This document shows, piece by piece, positions 63,323 through 64,000 of a stretch of 64,000 bases of DNA (within the stretch, counting starts at the first letter, position 1; each line of letters starts with the position of its first letter). Source of the DNA: Sphyrna mokarran (lineage: Eukaryota). The stretch is taken from the NCBI GenBank assembly GCA_024679065.1, contig JAGIQG010000013.1, positions 25,916,001-25,980,000 of the forward strand, in the 5' to 3' direction. The position numbers were made by a program, and so were the translations under genes. Under the pieces are notes generated by a model. It was not told where the DNA came from. It saw nothing but the letters and a program-made list of their open reading frames with translations, and did not search any database.

Positions 63323-64000
63323 TTATAAAAAGAATATTATTAAACTAGAAAGTATGCGAAGAGATTTACTAGCATACTGCTGGGACTCGTTGGTTTGATT
63401 TGTAAGGAGAGACCTCATAGACTGGGACTTTTTTCTCTGGAGCATAGGAGGCTTAAGAGTGATCTTATAGATGTCTATAAAATAATGACAGGCATAATCA
63501 GCTGGATAGTCAATATCTTTCGCAAAGGTAGGGGAGTGTAAAACTGGCAAGCATAGGTTTAGGTGAGAGGGGAGAGATAGAAAAGGGTCCAGAGGGGAAG
63601 ATTTTTCACACATAGGGCAATGAATGTCTGAAATGAGCTGCCTGATGTAGTAGTAGAGACAGGTTCAATTTTACCTTTTGAAAAGCATTTAGACAGTTAA
63701 ATGGATAAGATTGGTGTAGAGGCATATGGGTCAAATGTGTGCGGCTTGAATTGATTGACCATGACAAATTGTCTCTTAATGTCAGGGGGATTAGGAGAAT
63801 TGATGTATGGGGTTGCAGAGATGGAACAGGATCTGTGTGGGATTGTTGTTGATGGAGGCTCGATGGACCAAGTGGTCCTCTTCTGCATTGTAGATTCTAT
63901 GATTCTGTGAAACACAGGCAATTGGAACTAGCTTAGTGATAAAAACTGGATGGCATGGACAAGTTGTGCCAAAGGCCATGCTGTAAACCTCTACGATTCT
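63323..64000 (+). mobile_element. CR1 3' end with a 5'-truncated V-SINE tail (63738-63908) inserted in its UTR
   Basis: GLFSLE/DLIDVYKIM-like remnants, same family as 37910-38890; SINE tail ctgcattgtagattctatgattct. Confidence 0.75.

Noticed and set aside
1-64000. SNORA80-type snoRNA, which I recall being hosted by human URB1
   Set aside because: I found no recognisable match by eye; the host intron is probably 5' of this window. An Rfam search would be needed.

Overview
This is eukaryotic genomic DNA from a vertebrate, most likely a shark (chondrichthyan), judged by its repeat repertoire. The whole window lies inside one + strand gene, URB1/NPA1 (nucleolar pre-ribosomal-associated protein 1). 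I read 23 internal GT-AG coding exons between 1349 and 58306 with consistent phases (4165 nt, about 1388 codons); the gene's 5' and 3' ends lie outside the window. The introns are dense with transposons: CR1, Rex1/Babar-like and L2-like LINE fragments, V-domain (HE1-like) SINEs with two different tails, Deu-domain SINEs, PIF/Harbinger-type MITEs, and Penelope-like elements carrying hammerhead-ribozyme cores. The most notable item is a young antisense CR1 insertion (32970-36508, 9-bp TSD) with an intact 968-aa ORF2. Its ORF1/ORF2 junction has an in-frame U_UUA_AAC slippery heptamer, a 5-nt spacer and a G-quadruplex motif, which makes it a candidate -1 frameshift cassette. Its long structured 3' UTR contains a V-SINE core, and its ORF1 esterase lacks the DxxH histidine. 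Family names come from recalled motifs, not database searches, and repeat boundaries without a TSD are approximate.
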